Positions 31,607-32,402 of a DNA stretch of 32,402 nucleotides are shown here, piece by piece. Origin of the DNA: Octopus bimaculoides (Eukaryota). The notes beneath the pieces were generated by a model that made no database searches, was not told the origin of the DNA, and was given only the letters and a program-made list of their open reading frames with translations. Location: positions 96,377,200 through 96,409,601 of the forward strand of contig NC_068987.1 of NCBI RefSeq assembly GCF_001194135.2, given 5' to 3'. The translations under genes were made by a program, and so were the position numbers. How positions within the stretch are numbered: position 1 is the first letter of the stretch; each line of letters begins with the position of its first letter.

Positions 31607-32402
31607 TATATATATATATATATATGCGATTCCATACCCAGAGGTATACACAGAAAAATATTCAAACTTAAAAAAGATCCAAATACACAATCATATACAC
31701 ACCTAAAAAAATCTACATACACAACACAGCTAACCACACATATACAGACAACAGAGACATGCATATACAACCAGATATCTGTATGTATATGCAGGTATCT
31801 ATAAACTCACAATATATATACATTCAAAAGTCATGCTAAACCCAAACTACCACTGTCACCACTACTGCCACAACCAACACCCACTTCAATACTGAGCCTT
31901 TCTGCCAATACAAGAAACTGAGTATAATGACCAGAATACTCAGGTAGCTGAGACACAATATTCTGGGTACCCATGAAACTGTGGCACCAAGCTCACAAGA
32001 CTTAGAAAATGGAGGTAAAGCATTCAGTGAAGAGAAAGTTGAAGTTCAAGGTTCAGAAAAATCACAAAGCTGAAGTACAGTCTTCACGAAACTGAAATAC
32101 AATGCACAGAAAATTCTGGAACCTAATGTGTAATGTATGCCAAAGCAATGCATTGGTAATCTAAACTGGAGGTACAATGTTCTTGAAGCTCAGGTAGCTA
32201 AGGCAGAAAGAACACTAGAAAGCAGAGGCATTGTACTGCGAAAGACAAGCAGAATGGAAAAGATCTCGAGACACTCTTAAGTAACTTAGGTAGTGGCTAT
32301 CAACTGCTTGGTATCACTAAACCGAGGGTTCAAGAATGGAATTGAATAAAATGATTGTTATTATTTCTAAATTTTTTATTATTAAATTATATAGAGTTGA
32401 GA

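Noticed and set aside
21695-31804. Long ORFs containing X runs
   Set aside because: Artefacts of translating through the four N gaps.
31880-32270. Purine-rich, coding-looking stretch (e.g. HETVAPSSQDLENGGKAFSEEKVEVQGSEKSQS*)
   Set aside because: All frames are interrupted by stops within about 40 codons and no clear splice sites or domain were found; cannot be supported as an exon.

Overview
AT-rich eukaryotic genomic DNA. The repeat families, (GAT)n/(TAA)n-tailed SINEs and N-gapped scaffold suggest an octopus/cephalopod genome; this is an inference and no database was searched. The only well-supported gene is a spliced ankyrin-repeat protein gene on the minus strand. It has four confident exons (8602-8012, 5564-5418, 3510-3397, 991-857) and a probable 37-nt first coding exon (17868-17832) that needs a GC-AG intron. 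Joined, they give 341 stop-free codons with about 9-10 ankyrin repeats, and the gene runs off the left edge of the window. The rest is intron and upstream DNA packed with decayed mobile elements: a Penelope-like GIY-YIG fragment, two RTE-clade RT remnants, an L1/Tx1-type 3' end, a DD37D (maT) Tc1/mariner derivative, mariner MITEs, a Helentron-associated (DINE-1/HINE-like) element, a foldback MITE, three abundant SINE-like families and microsatellites, plus four assembly gaps. Nearly all other ORFs in the track are artefacts of repeats or N runs. There is no CRISPR array or prokaryotic system, and I cannot support a wholly new biological system. The best leads are the GC-AG first intron, a set of SINE-derived inverted repeats around exon 4 that could form mutually exclusive RNA duplexes, and a CpG-retaining promoter-like zone. 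Exon coordinates were read base by base; repeat boundaries are approximate (about +/-20-30 bp) unless stated.
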